From the NCBI GenBank assembly GCA_010909165.1, contig MU008160.1:2196149-2260148 (forward strand): 64,000 nucleotides of DNA. Direction: 5' to 3'. The translations under genes were made by a program, and so were the position numbers. Below the pieces are notes generated by a model that saw nothing but the letters and a program-made list of their open reading frames with translations, was not told the origin of the DNA and searched no databases. The DNA comes from Anthoceros angustus. Its lineage: Eukaryota > Plantae > Anthocerotophyta. Below are positions 1-11,787 of the stretch, piece after piece (position 1 is the first letter of the stretch; every line of letters starts with the position of its first letter).

Positions 1-747
1 AAATATATAATTTAAAATTACCTGCCTACAAAAAGTTTAACCTATTAGGTAGTGGGCTGACTAACAGGCGATTAGGAGACTACCTAATAGTACCTAATGT
101 GTCCAAATGGCTTAAGGACACACATTTATATGAACGTGGTTATTGAGTATCTTACGTTTAGGTACTTAGATGGGGTGCCTAGAGAGTGGAACCCCTTGGT
201 GCTCTTTTAACTTAGGCACTCCATGGTACAAGTTGTGAAGTACCAATTTCTATGATAAGAAAATTTCATCTAAGTGGACTATAATAGACTTCCTCTATTT
301 CTTCTACTATGGTTGTCACTATCTATAAGTATGTGATAGTTATTATCTAGAAGTATGTACATGTGAGGCACATGTCCAATGTTCAAGGTTAGCATTCATG
401 TGTCCAATATTCAAGGTGAAGTGACAACTCAAGCTTGATCTCATTAACCATATAGGTAGTATACATATATATCTCTCATATACACACAAAAATAATTATA
501 TATAATTCTAGTATATATAATACTATTATAATTATATAATATAATTATATAATATATAAGTTTATATATAATAGTATTATATATACACACATAAAAAGAA
601 TACACTAAGTAGGTAAAGAAAATCTGAAGAAAAGGGACAAGCAACAAAGCAATTATATATGACTGTTTTGTCCGTTGTCAAATCCTCATGATCTCATTAT
701 TTTGCCTGGCCCGTTAGCTAGTAATAAGTTTAATGATGAGTATTTCA
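1..747. repeat. Direct repeat copy 1 of an AT-rich ~0.75-0.78-kb segment (copy 2 at 1484-2262)
   Basis: 1-747 matches 1484-2262 apart from short indels; the match ends at ...GATGAGTATTTCA in both. The copy may extend left of the window. Confidence 0.9.
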
Positions 748-917
748 CGCCATCGTCTGGCTGCCGCTACCAATTCTCGGTCCTCCTGGAAGGGGTATCC
801 CTCACCGATGCCACTTGGGAACCCCTGTCTCACCTCACGAACGCCCGACATCTTGCGCCAAGATTTCACCAACACCACCTTCCTTCCTCCCTTCGTGGTA
901 AGCTTCTTCCTGGGTGA
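748..917 (+). mobile_element. Chromovirus (Ty3/gypsy) integrase C-terminal chromodomain fragment
   Basis: Translation RYQFSVLLEGVSLTDATWEPLSHLTNARHLAPRFH resembles the chromodomain pattern (Y.V.W.GY...ATWEP...L.NA...V..F). It is followed directly by a TG-starting LTR-like sequence. Confidence 0.7.
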
Positions 918-919
918 GT

Positions 920-1200
920 TGTCACGACCCATGCCCTAACCATGACCTAAGCTACCGATCTCGGGAAAGCATAGTAACTTGAATCACGGGCCGTAGGATA
1001 CGCGCCAAGTAGACGGCGCAATCAGGGCCCGTGATTGCATTCTTTCTCTTGTATAAAGCCCGCGGCTCAGCTTAAGCAAATGATCTTTTTGTTGTGTGGA
1101 ACCACTCCCCGGGTGTAGGTCCGCTCGGCCTAGTCCCATGACCATCACACCAAAACTAAACCCTATGATGGGAACCACACCTAAATCTAAAGATAAGACA
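920..1200 (+). mobile_element. Probable 3' LTR of the chromovirus fragment
   Basis: Starts TGTCACGACCC right after the chromodomain stop and a weak purine run. The right end (...AAGACA at 1200) is a guess, as no second copy is available. Confidence 0.4.
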
Positions 1201-1483
1201 TTTTGGACATGTATGTGAAACGGGCTCCAAAACCCCGCTTTGACCATTTTACATAAATAGGATCACTTCTATTTTTGCAATAATTGATCAACCTAAAAGT
1301 GCATGCACCCTCTTGATTCGCATAATCGACTTGCTCAAAACCATACCAAAAGAATGGGCTCTAGGAGGCAAACAATTTGATAAACAACCTTGAAAGAGTT
1401 AAATAAGTAATATCGAATTTTGGCACCATAGTTACTATAGCTCTTTGGAAATGAAATATTACGAAAGGTAAAATTATTATAAT

Positions 1484-2262
1484 AAATATATAATTTAAAA
1501 TTACCTGCCTACAAAAAGTTTAACCTATTAGGTAGTGGGCTGACTAACAGCAGTTAGTCAGACTACTACCTAATAGGTTAAACTTTTTGTACCTAATGTG
1601 TGTCCAAATGGCTTAAGGCTAAATTGACACACATTTATATGAACGTGGTTATTGAGTATCTTACGTTTAGATTGGTACTTAGATGGGGTGCCTAGAGGGA
1701 GTGGAACCCCTTGGTGCTAGTAACTTAGGCACTCCATGGTACAAGTTGTGAAGTACCAATTTCTATGATAAGAAAATTTCATCTAAGTGGACTATAATAG
1801 ACTTCCTCTATTTCTTCTACTATGGTTGTCACTATCTATAAGTATGTGATAGTTATTATCTAGAAGTATGTACATGTGAGGCACATGTCCAATGTTCAAG
1901 GTTAGCATTCATGTGTCCAATATTCAAGGTGAAGTGACAACTCAAGCTTGATCTCATTAACCATATAGGTAGTATACATATATATCTCTCATATACACAC
2001 AAAAATAATTATATATAATTCTAGTATATATAATACTATTATAATTATATAATATAATTATATAATATATAAGTTTATATATAATAGTATTATATATACA
2101 CATACAAAAAGAATACACTAAGTAGGTAAAAGAAAATCTGAAGAAAAAGGGACAAGCAACAAAGCAATTATATATGACTGTTTTGTCCGTTGTCAAATCC
2201 TCATGATCTCATTATTTTGCCTGGCCCGTTAGCTAGTAATAAGTTTAATGATGAGTATTTCA
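1484..2262. repeat. Direct repeat copy 2 of segment 1-747
   Basis: Direct sequence match to 1-747. Confidence 0.9.
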
Positions 2263-3600
2263 AGGAGAACTAAGAGCTGAAACATTAGAGGCCTGAAGGA
2301 TAAGATATCCTTGACATGACAGAGCCAGAGTCCAATATTCACAAGTTATCTGCAGTTGTAATCACAAACTTGCTTCTACTGGCGCTATAAACAGCAGCTG
2401 CAGCCGCGAAAGGGACCCTGTTGCGTATGTACACGAGAAGCCGGACGTTACATGCGGAACGTTCAGAAACTAGCCGAATGAGGATTCCAGGCGAAGCCCG
2501 TAGAATAGGTGGAACTCTATAATCTAAAGCTCAGATAGCCCCTCGAGAGTGTGTAGTGCACATCTCAGCAACAGCACAGCCCGCGCTTTGAAGCCGGACA
2601 CAAGAGGAAACAAGGTACCAGCCAAGCGCTGAGGAGCCATTGATACTGCTTCTTCGATTAGGGGAAACAAAGCTATGACCTAAGGACTTTGTATTGTGCG
2701 CGTTTGACACCTTTCAGCCCGAGACGTTCGCTTCCTACCTAGGCTTGGTGAACCTACATGTGTACATATGTACGTGAACTCCAAGCGAGCGGCTATCGTT
2801 CCCCGTACCCGCTATCTTCCGGCGCCGGTGCCAGTGGGTGTGTGGATTAGTCGGGTATGTTCTACAAAACTCACTTAGGACGTCAGGAGTCCGTTCCTGC
2901 AGCTGCAGTAGCCACGGGGTTGCTTATCAGTCTGTCCTCCTATTTGTTGGGTGCAGGTTGTCCTACGCGTTATCGAGTATCGAAACACCAGCTTCACACG
3001 GAGGACTCACACCGCCCTGGCCCGGGGGCTATCCTGGGACGGCCTCAGTACGCGCGGCTGCGCATCAGCATATGTATTGATGCGAGTAAGCCAGACTTTT
3101 AGTATCGGCACAGTATTAGTGGGCGAAGGTGGATGGCATGCGTGGAGCTTGGTTAGGAGCTCTCTTGATTTGTGGATGCGGCATCAAGCATCACCCGCTC
3201 GTGTTATTTTGAGTCCCTCACCCGGCTACATCTGGCTGTCAGCTTTGAAGCGGCCACATGCTGTTGCTGTTCGCGTAGGTAAGGCAAAGTTGCAGCCTTT
3301 CTAACTCCCAGTTCGTCCTCACCAGGTCGGCTCCGCTTGCAACTCGTGCGTACTCCGGACGGTAAATTGTGGGCCTTCCACTGTTGGCGAGCCTGCTGGA
3401 TTTGCTGATCCTCTCACATTGGGCTTGCGGCACCAAATCTCAACTGCACAGCCGCGCGCCAGCCTTTGGGCAGTATGACCCTTGTACAGTACGTCATGGT
3501 CAGCGTGACCCTGAGGCCACCTATTCCGAGCTTCTAAACAGGAAGGTAGCCAGAGGGTAGACTGCCGTGCGGTGCCGTGTGTTGCCGTACCTGTGTGTAA

Positions 3601-5870
3601 ATGGCTGGCAACGAGGGATTCAATCCTAATGGTCTCAGGATACTCGTGGTGGACGATAGTGAAGTTCAACTTCTTATTCTAAAGCACATGCTCGTAGGAT
3701 GCTGCTACAATGGTTAGTTGCCCATGAATGTTGTGTACGTTATGCAGTTGCTTGGGCCTCCGCATTGTGCAATTGCATTATGGTTGTTTTTGCTATCCTT
3801 GTCGAGATGGTCGCTGTTGCTTTGTTTTTTTACTCTTCCCATTGGCTTTTTGCAATCATCTTGCCCATGCTGTCATAATGTTCTCTGGCCTGCTCTGCTG
3901 CCCTGGGACAGTTACAACAACTAATCGGGCGGAGGAAGCTCTTGCTATGTTGAGAGAGCATCCAGACAATTTTGATTTGGTCCTCAGTGATGTTATGATG
4001 CCGGACATGGACGGGTTCAAGTTGCTTGAAATGATAGGACTCACCATGGACTTGCCCGTCATTAGTGAGTTTGACTGGCTCGCAATGTTATTCCCTGCAA
4101 TCGTGAATGTTAGCTTTCTTGTAACATGCCTGATGTTCTATTGGTTTTGTTGTGTATTCTGCAGTGATGTCTGCTAATGCGGAAACAAGTGTGGTTATGA
4201 AAGGAATTACGCATGGGGCATGTGACTACCTTATAAAGCCTGTAAGGATTGAGGAGTTGAAGAACATCTGGCAGCATGTCATTAGGAAGCGAGTGAAGGA
4301 ACACTTAAAGGATGAAACTGTGGGGGATTCAGATGACATGGCAAGGACCCTAGGAGAACAAGATCAGTTTCCCAAGAAGCGAAAAGAAAAGTTCACTCCA
4401 CAGGATGAACCGACAGAAGACATAAATAGTTTGAAAAAGGCTAGGGTGCTATGGTCCAAGGAGCTTCATGAGCAATTTGTTCAAGCTGTCAACCATATTG
4501 GAATTGACAGTATGTGGGCAAATATTTTTGTTGTGCATTTTCATCTCTTTACGCCTCCCGGCGAGTTAGGTGTCGTTTAGGGGATGTGGTGGTAATCTGT
4601 ACTGTGATTCGTTGCTGCGAAATGACAGTGTGCCCTTAACTTGTTATGGACAGAGGCAGTGCCAACTCGAATTTTAGAAGTTATGAACGTTCAAGGACTC
4701 ACTCGAGAAAATGTTGCCAGTCATTTGCAGGTTAGTTTGATGCACCCTGAGTGTCCGTGTACCATGTCAGATTGCAAGCTACCTTTGCTTGGTTGTGTTG
4801 TACGTGAACACAGAAATGTTCTAGTTTGTTATGGTGAAGGTTATAGTTTCATGAGCAAGTGGCCTAAGGGCAAACTTATGTGGGTGAGGCCCAATGTTTC
4901 TAGGCTGTGCCGTCACTGCCGTTAAGGCCGATGGTTGAGTCATGTTGCCACCAGAAAAAAGTTTTATTTGGACGGGTGTGTACAGAAATATCGGATGTAT
5001 CTGAAGCGGTTGAGTGGCATACCATTGCAACCGCACCCTGTAGCCTCATTCAAGGCTTCTGGATCTGGAGGTTTTGGAGGCGTAATGCACATCCAACCTG
5101 GAGGAAAGATCTCGGCTGCTTCGTCTGGATCCAAAGGAGTGAATCTTGGTTCTGGACCGAACTCCAACCTGGGAAGGGGGGGAGGCGGTGGTGCTCCAAT
5201 CGATCAATCTACTCTACTCACTTTATCCCAGCTGCAAGAGAGGCAGAGGGCAGCTGCTCCAATAACTACAACAACAAATGCAGGGCAGATGAGCCTGGGA
5301 TCGAATGTACGAGCTGCAGCTAACTGGCAGTTCCATCCTCTTCAAAGATTGAGCTCTGCCGAGCTGGACAATCTGATGTTTGCAGCCCACGAGGATTGTG
5401 TTGTACAGCAACAATTAAACTGCATACCAGTGATAAAAGATGACTTGGGATCGTCGCCTGGGTTGGGAACTATGAGGATTGGGGAAGATATGAGCGTATT
5501 GGCAGGCTTGGGGAACTTAGGCTCTGGAGAGATGGGAACTTTGGTGGACTTGAGGACCTCAAAAATGGAGCATGTAGAAGTGGCAGATGTAGGTGAGCTT
5601 GGCTTGGATAAATTTAGAGATTTTGGAAGCCCGTCCCCTTTGTCGACGGTTTCAACTATGAGTGGCGGACTAGGGTCGGAATCCAGCTTTGGAACTTACA
5701 CGGAATTCGCAGCGGGTAGAGAATTTTTGGCTTCTTCACCGCCAGAATTTGGCCTACCTGTTGTAGGTAGTCTCTTCCAGAGCAAAGGGGATAGAAGCCG
5801 AGCAGGTGGGGGGGTTCCATATGGGTCACATTCCTTACACGGCCAAGAAGAGTTTGCTCGTCACAATTGA
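3601..5870 (+). CDS. RRB: Type-B response regulator (ARR-B family; receiver + GARP Myb-like domain), ~523 aa. Exons 3601-3712, 3912-4064, 4165-4509, 4654-4730, 4986-5870
   Basis: ATG at 3601 ([19 protein letters not shown]). Four GT-AG introns give one open frame of 1572 nt. Receiver motifs [21 protein letters not shown] and DYLIKP; GARP motif [19 protein letters not shown]...[13 protein letters not shown]; Gly/Ser/Gln-rich C-terminus. A further small 3' exon cannot be excluded. Confidence 0.95.
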
Positions 5871-6663
5871 TACATGAACGTTTGGTACTTACCTCTCCCG
5901 GCTGCGGACGTCCTTTGCGCCGTGCATGTACAGTCCTAGGGAGGTTATTGCTACTAATCTGCTGCGTGATAGTGATAGGTTGATGAAGTCGAAATGGTTT
6001 CGGTTCCCCTGCCAGATTTATTACTTATATTATCGTGCGGGTGAAATATCGGCTGCCCTCTATATTATGTGCGCTTTTAATATATATGTAGTGCCTATGT
6101 CCTTATCTTGCCGGTCTTGGACCACCGGGCGTCCCTAGCTAATTTTGTAATTATATTGAAATGAACTCAAGTCCTAGCCAAGATGACATGGTTGGTGAAC
6201 AGGCAATGGAGGGTACTCGGGCACGGAGGCCATCTCACCATTGGATATGTAGTGTCCGGCTTCAACATCATCTCCTTAGACTAAATTGTCTCGCCACATA
6301 CAGTCCAGCCCCCCTAATTGGGACCTGGTTCGGAGTGCCTTTGTAGGTCCCATTAAGGGAGGTGGCTCGATTAGATTTTTCTCCATTTAAAAGATAAGAA
6401 AATATTATATATTTTAAGCAAAATAAAAATATCCAAAATAAAGAAAATCCAGAATTTGATTGATAGGTTTGACTAAAAATAATTTTTATCTCTTCCCTAC
6501 ATAGTTGCTTGAAAGCTAGCACTCTCTCTAAGCAGCATTATAAACCTCTACCTATCATAAAGGAAAAAGCTTAAAGGAAAAAGCTTAGGTTAGGAGACTT
6601 CAATCACATCTAAAAGTCCATTGTGCTTGGAAGTAATCGACAACACTCCTTTGCACCCACAAT

Positions 6664-6755
6664 ACTTTGAGATGATGACTAATCACGTGTTCTTAAAGAC
6701 ATTAAGCAACTTTGAGATGATAACTAATCACGTGTTCTTAAAGACATTAAGCAAC
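6664..6755. repeat. 45-bp tandem duplication, each unit containing CACGTG
   Basis: ACTTTGAGATGAT(G/A)ACTAATCACGTGTTCTTAAAGACATTAAGCA occurs twice. Confidence 0.9.
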
Positions 6756-7257
6756 CCCAAAGAGCCAAAGAGTCAGTAGTGTCATGTGGCATTTGTATTA
6801 GGCTTATAAGTTCTTGCTACCTCCAAACTTTTGATGGCATCTTCCATAGTCTGTCGTGGTAGGGGTGGCATTGTTGCTACTTGACAATTATCAGAGGCTG
6901 AGGCACGCAACCCGAGAGTGGAGCAAGGAAAAAGAAACACATAATAATTGTATTAAAAGAGTCAAAAGGCTTCTATACAAAATTGAGTCTAAGTTGAATA
7001 ATGGTTTATATCTATTACGACATATGCAGCTAATTAGTGAGCATGGTTACTAGTAAACCCTAGAGGTCCATAGAGTCGGAGGTGCCAAGGACAAGAGAAT
7101 CATAGCCGAGAAAGGAGCTAGCAGAAGCATCGAAAATGCCATTACCGGAATAATAGCAGTAGGGACAACGATTCGATTGAGCCATAAAGCTTCATCCGTC
7201 AATGCATTGCGTCTCATATATGAAAAAACGAGATGGATTGTTGGTGGGTGGGCCAGC

Positions 7258-7595
7258 TATTGAGGATGCAGCTTACTGAGTTTGTTAAGATGGATATGAC
7301 TATGCGTAAAAGATGTAGGTGATTGAGCTTACTATAAGTATATAGAAGTGGGTAAATGGGAAACATATACCCCATATTGAGTAGGAAACGTGAGTGACAC
7401 TTTTAAAGTTTAAAAGGTGAGACCAACTAGCAATAGCACATTCAGCTCTTTGACCATTGTCTTTGTGTTGTTTGCTCAAAGTAGCTCTTCATTTGTGTTT
7501 TAAGGCCTCGTTTAGGTGGTCTTAGTTTTACTGAACACTTGCTTTCTTAATAACTCCTGACCCTCTTGAAGCATGGCTAGCTTCCAATATCAACA
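7258..7595 (+). mobile_element. Copia family A LTR (~338 bp), start mutated to TATTGAGG
   Basis: Homologous to 10681-11017 (TGTTGAG...CTCAACA); ends ...AATATCAACA. Confidence 0.85.
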
Positions 7596-8552
7596 AAAAC
7601 AATAGTCAAAGAGTTGAACCTGCTATAGCTAGCTGGTCTCACCCTTTTAAACCCTAAAAGTGTTACTCACGTTTCCTACTCAATATGGGGTATATGTTTC
7701 CCATTTACCCGCTTCTATATACTTATAGTAAGCTCAATCACCTACATCTTGTATGCATAGTCATATCCATCTTAACAAACTCGAGCTGCATCCTCAACAC
7801 TCCCACTGCACACAGTTTGCCTTAATCCAACTACCTCTCTACACTTCTCAAACTTGAACTTGCTCAAAGCCTTGGTCAAGAAATCTGCAGCCATATCCTC
7901 CGTTTTGCAATACTCAAATGTAACCTCCAACATTTCATACTTTCACGAACAAAGTGATGTTGGATATCAATATGCTTTGTCCTTGAGTTGTGCATAGGTT
8001 CTTGCTCAATGCCATGCTTCCTGGTTGTCACTTTGAAGAATAGTTGGCTGCACTTGTTGATACCCAATTTCTTCCATGAACCTTCTCAACCAAATGGCTT
8101 CCTTTGTACCTTGTGTGGATGCCATGTACTCATCCTCCACTATAGACATTGCAGCTTGGTTGCTTTTGCTATTCCAACTAATGGCACCTCCCCTAGGATA
8201 AACACATATCCGGTTGTGGACCTTCGATCATCAAGATCGCTCCCCAATCCGAGTCACAATATCCAGCGATGCACGCCGTTCATTTGAACATACTTGGACA
8301 TGCATTTGAACATGAAAACTCAAGGTACATGTCATGTGTGCCTTTCAAGTACCTCATTATCCTCTTCACTGCAATCCAATGTGGCTTTCCAGGATTTTGC
8401 ATATATTGGCTCACAACTCCTAGAGCTTTCCCAAGATCCGACGAGTTGCAACCATGGCAAACATCAAACTGCCCTTGTCTGCAAAGGAATGTTCTTCATC
8501 TCCTCCTCCTCGTGATTGCTTGTAAGACATTGGTCTTTGCTAAGCCTCATAT
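7591..8552 (-). mobile_element. Copia A fragment: RNase H, PPT and truncated 3' LTR (LTR part 7591-7799)
   Basis: Minus-strand peptides EAIWLRRFMEEIG and SRTKHIDIQHHFVRE. PPT-like AGTGGGAG lies directly before TGTTGAGG on the minus strand. Confidence 0.9.
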
Positions 8553-8589
8553 ATGAAAAACGAGATGGATTGTTGGTGGGTGGGCCAGC

Positions 8590-8924
8590 TATTGAGGATG
8601 CAACTCGAGTTTGTTAAGATGGATATGACTATCGTAAAGATGTGGTGATTGAGCTTACTATAAGTATATAGAAGTGGGTAAATAAAACATATACCCCATA
8701 TTGAGTAGGAAACGTGGTGACACTTTTAAAGTTTAAAAGGTGAGACCAACTAGCAATAGCACATTCAGCTCTTTGACCATTGTCTTTGTGTTTGTTTGCT
8801 CAAAGTAGCTCTTCATTTGTGTTTTAAGGCCTCGTTTAGGTGGTCTTAGTTTTGCAATTCTGAACACTTGCTTTCTTAATAACTCCTGACCCTCTTGAAG
8901 CATGGCTAGCTTCCAATATCAACA
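8590..8924 (+). mobile_element. Copia family A LTR (second copy)
   Basis: Matches 7258-7595. Confidence 0.85.
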
Positions 8925-10680
8925 AAAACAATAGTCAAAGAGTTGAACCTGCTATAGCTAGCTGGTCTCACCCCTTTTTAAACCCTAAAAAGTGTTACTC
9001 ACGTTTCCTACTCAATATGGGGTATATGTTTCCCATTTACCCACTTCTATATACTTATAGTAAGCTCAATCACCTACATCTTGTATGCATAGTCATATCC
9101 ATCTTAACAAACTCAGTAAGCTGCATCGTCAACACTCCCACTCAGCGCACCTGAGTTTGCCTTAATCCAACTACCTCTCTACACTTCTCAAACTTGAACT
9201 TGCTCGAAGTCTTGGTAAAGAAATCTGCAGCCATATCCTCCGCTTTGCAATACTCAAATGTAACCTCCAACGATTTCACTTTCACGAACAAAGTGATGTT
9301 GATATCAATATGCTTTGTCCTTGAGTTGTGCATGGTTCTTGCTCAATGCCATGCTTCCTGGTTGTCACTTTGAAGAATAGTTGGCTGCACTTGTTGATAC
9401 CCAATTTCTTCCATGAACCTTCTCAACCAAATGGCTTCCTTTGTAGCTTGTGTGGATGCCATGTACTCATCCTCCACTATAGACATTGCAACAGCTTGGT
9501 TGCTTTTGCTATTCCAACTAATGGCACCTCCCCTAGGATAAACACATATCCGGTTGTGGACCTCGATCATCAAGATCGCTCCCCAATCCGAGTCACAATA
9601 TCCAAGCGTGTCGCTCATTTGAACATACTTGGACATTTGAACATGAAAACTCAAGGTACATGTCATGTGTGCCTTTCAAGTACCTCATTATCCTCTTCAC
9701 GCAATCCAATGTGGCTTTCCAGGATTTTGCATATATTGGCTCACAACTCCTAGAGCTTTCCCAAGATCTGGACGAGTTGCAACCATGGCAAACATCAAAC
9801 TGCCCTGCTTATGTCCGCAAAATGTTCTTCATCTCCTCCTCCTCGTGATTGCTTGTAAGACATTGGTCTTTGCTAAGCCTCATATCTAAGCAGGCGTTGC
9901 AATTGGCCTGCAATCAGTCATTCCAAAACGATCCAAGAGTTCCTCAATGTACTTTTGTCCAAGCTTGATTGTTCTCCTCACCTGTCTCTAACCACTTGAA
10001 TGCCAAGGCAATAGTTGAGCTCCCCAAGTCCTTCATTTCAAATTGTCTTGACAACATCTCCTTTACCTCATTGATGGCATATATAGATGCGCTCAACAAA
10101 ATGAGGTCATCCACGATATGGAGAACTTTGGATATGTAGATGCTCTCATTAGATGTGCATTGTTGAAATCCTTGCTCCTTTAAGAAGGCAGTGATCTTCT
10201 CATACCAAGCTCTAGACCCTTGCTTCAATCCATAGAGAGCTTTCTTCAAATTGCACACCAAGCTCTCCTTGCCTTCTTCGATATACCTTTCAGGTTGCTC
10301 CATATAAATGTTCTCCTTCAAGTCTCCATTGAGAAATGCAGTTTTTACATTCATTTGATGAGTCTCCGAATCATCAATTGCTCCCACTGCAAGTAAAGTC
10401 CTTATTGACACAAATTTGGCCACTGGAGCAAAAGTCTCATTGTAGTCGATGCCTTGTTCTTGGCTATATCCCTTCACCACCAATCTTGCCTTTTATCTCT
10501 CAATCTGACCACTAGAATCTCTCTTGATTCTAAACACCCATTTGCTCCCAATAGCATTCCTTCCTGCAAGGAGGTTAATACCCATGTGTCATTCTTCCTC
10601 AACGACTTCATCTCATCATCCATAGCTTCTTTCCATTGCTTTGCATCCTTCCCTTGTAGTGCTTCAGCTATCATTCTTGG
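8920..10680 (-). mobile_element. Copia A 3' half: RT, RNase H, PPT and truncated 3' LTR (8920-9134)
   Basis: AEALQGKDAKQWKEAMDDEMKSLRKNDTW, KARLVVKGYSQEQGIDYNETFAPVAK, AFLNGDL, LYGLKQGSRAWY, VDDL, GYCDSDWG, KHIDI; frameshifted. Confidence 0.95.
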
Positions 10681-11017
10681 TGTTGAGGATGCAGCTTACT
10701 GAGTTTATTAAGATGGATATGAATATGCGTAAAAAATGTAGGTGATTGAGCTCACTATCAGTGTACAGAAGTGGGTAAATGGGAAACATATACCCCATAT
10801 TGAGTAGGAAACGTGAGTAACACTTTTAAAGTTTAAAAGGCGAGACCAGCTAGCTATAGCAGGTTCAGCTCTTTGACTATTGTCTTTGTGTTGTTTGCTC
10901 AAAGTTGCTCTTCATTTGTGTTTTAAGGCATCGCTAGGTGGTCTTAGGTTTTGCACCTGAACACTTGCTTTCTTGACACTTGACCTCTTGAAGCATGGCT
11001 AGCTTCCAATCTCAACA
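10681..11017 (+). mobile_element. Complete copia A LTR (337 bp), solo-like, no TSD
   Basis: 7-bp terminal inverted repeat TGTTGAG...CTCAACA; flanks CTTGG and GCCAG do not match. Confidence 0.9.
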
Positions 11018-11787
11018 GCCAGCCATGTTCAGTTCGAGATGAGGCTGATATTCAATCGATGGCTTTCTGCAATTCGGAGGACCGTGGACTTGATAAAGCT
11101 TCCTTGTATGACATGGTGTGTTAGGTGGCTGCTTATTGTGAAACAGCACTTGATAAAGCTTCCTTGTATGACATGGGTGTGTCGTGGGTCATTATTGTGG
11201 AAACAGCAGAGTTGATGAAGGTTGTGAAGCTAACTCGTGGTCGTTGCTCATCGTGTACTGTAGAGGATGGTATTGGGCCGTTGTGACCTTGAGGTAAGTA
11301 TATCTCCGGTATGTAAGGAAGCTCCTTCCATTCCGACGGGGACGATGTGGCCTAGTTGAATGTCGAGGAAGGTCAAGTGGTATCCATAGGTATTAGTGTC
11401 TTAGGGTCCCGCATATCATGTCGAAAGCGAGTGGGGTCGACAAAAGGGAGCTAAGGAATGTCTAAAGGTTGAGAGTCCTGCCTGCATAGAGTCTAGGAGA
11501 CAAATGATTCGTGTTCGTGGAAAAGTATACACGTCATTAGGATCGAGGGCTCGGAGGAAAACGGCCATAGATGGTAGGTTGAGGTAAGGGGCATGGTTGT
11601 TAAAAGACTCAAGGTGAGTACGGAGGATGAAACTCTTATTAAAGCCAAAGGTGCTAAAGTAAGTTGTTGTGTAGTTGGGTTGAAGAGCTTTGTAAGAGGA
11701 AAATCTGGGGCTGCCGAGATTCACCCTCTAGCGGCCACACTTATCCCACTGTCGTTTTGTACGTTGAGTTTCGTCCCATGAGACTTG
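11018..11787 (-). mobile_element. Copia family E fragment: integrase C-terminus to start of RT, with an internal ~60-bp tandem duplication (~11090-11180)
   Basis: Minus strand gives WDKCGH...SSYKALQPNYTTTYF...GFNKS and TPMSYKEALSS followed by a frameshifted EYNSLI..TW-like stretch, fitting the copia P.TY.EAL...AM..E..SL..N.TW pattern. Copy at 40939-41700. Confidence 0.7.

Larger units (their letters stand above)
7213..9886. repeat. ~1.33-kb tandem duplication (7213-8545 / 8546-~9886) of LTR(+), LTR(-) and the RNase H fragment
   Basis: Same order of parts at period 1333; the junction at 8546-8552 is the 7-bp microhomology CTCATAT. Confidence 0.85.

Noticed and set aside
444-647. Tyr/Ile-rich ORFs at 444-647 and 1957-2196
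   Set aside because: Translation of low-complexity AT-rich DNA; no coding signal.
2838-3669. Overlapping short ORFs upstream of RRB
   Set aside because: No recognisable motifs; most likely promoter or 5' UTR sequence.
3718-5414. ORFs 3718-3924, 4907-5323 and minus-strand ORFs over the RRB gene
   Set aside because: Alternative frames or intron read-through of the spliced gene.
7648-7660. AAACCCTAA as a telomeric repeat
   Set aside because: Single unit inside the copia LTR; no array.
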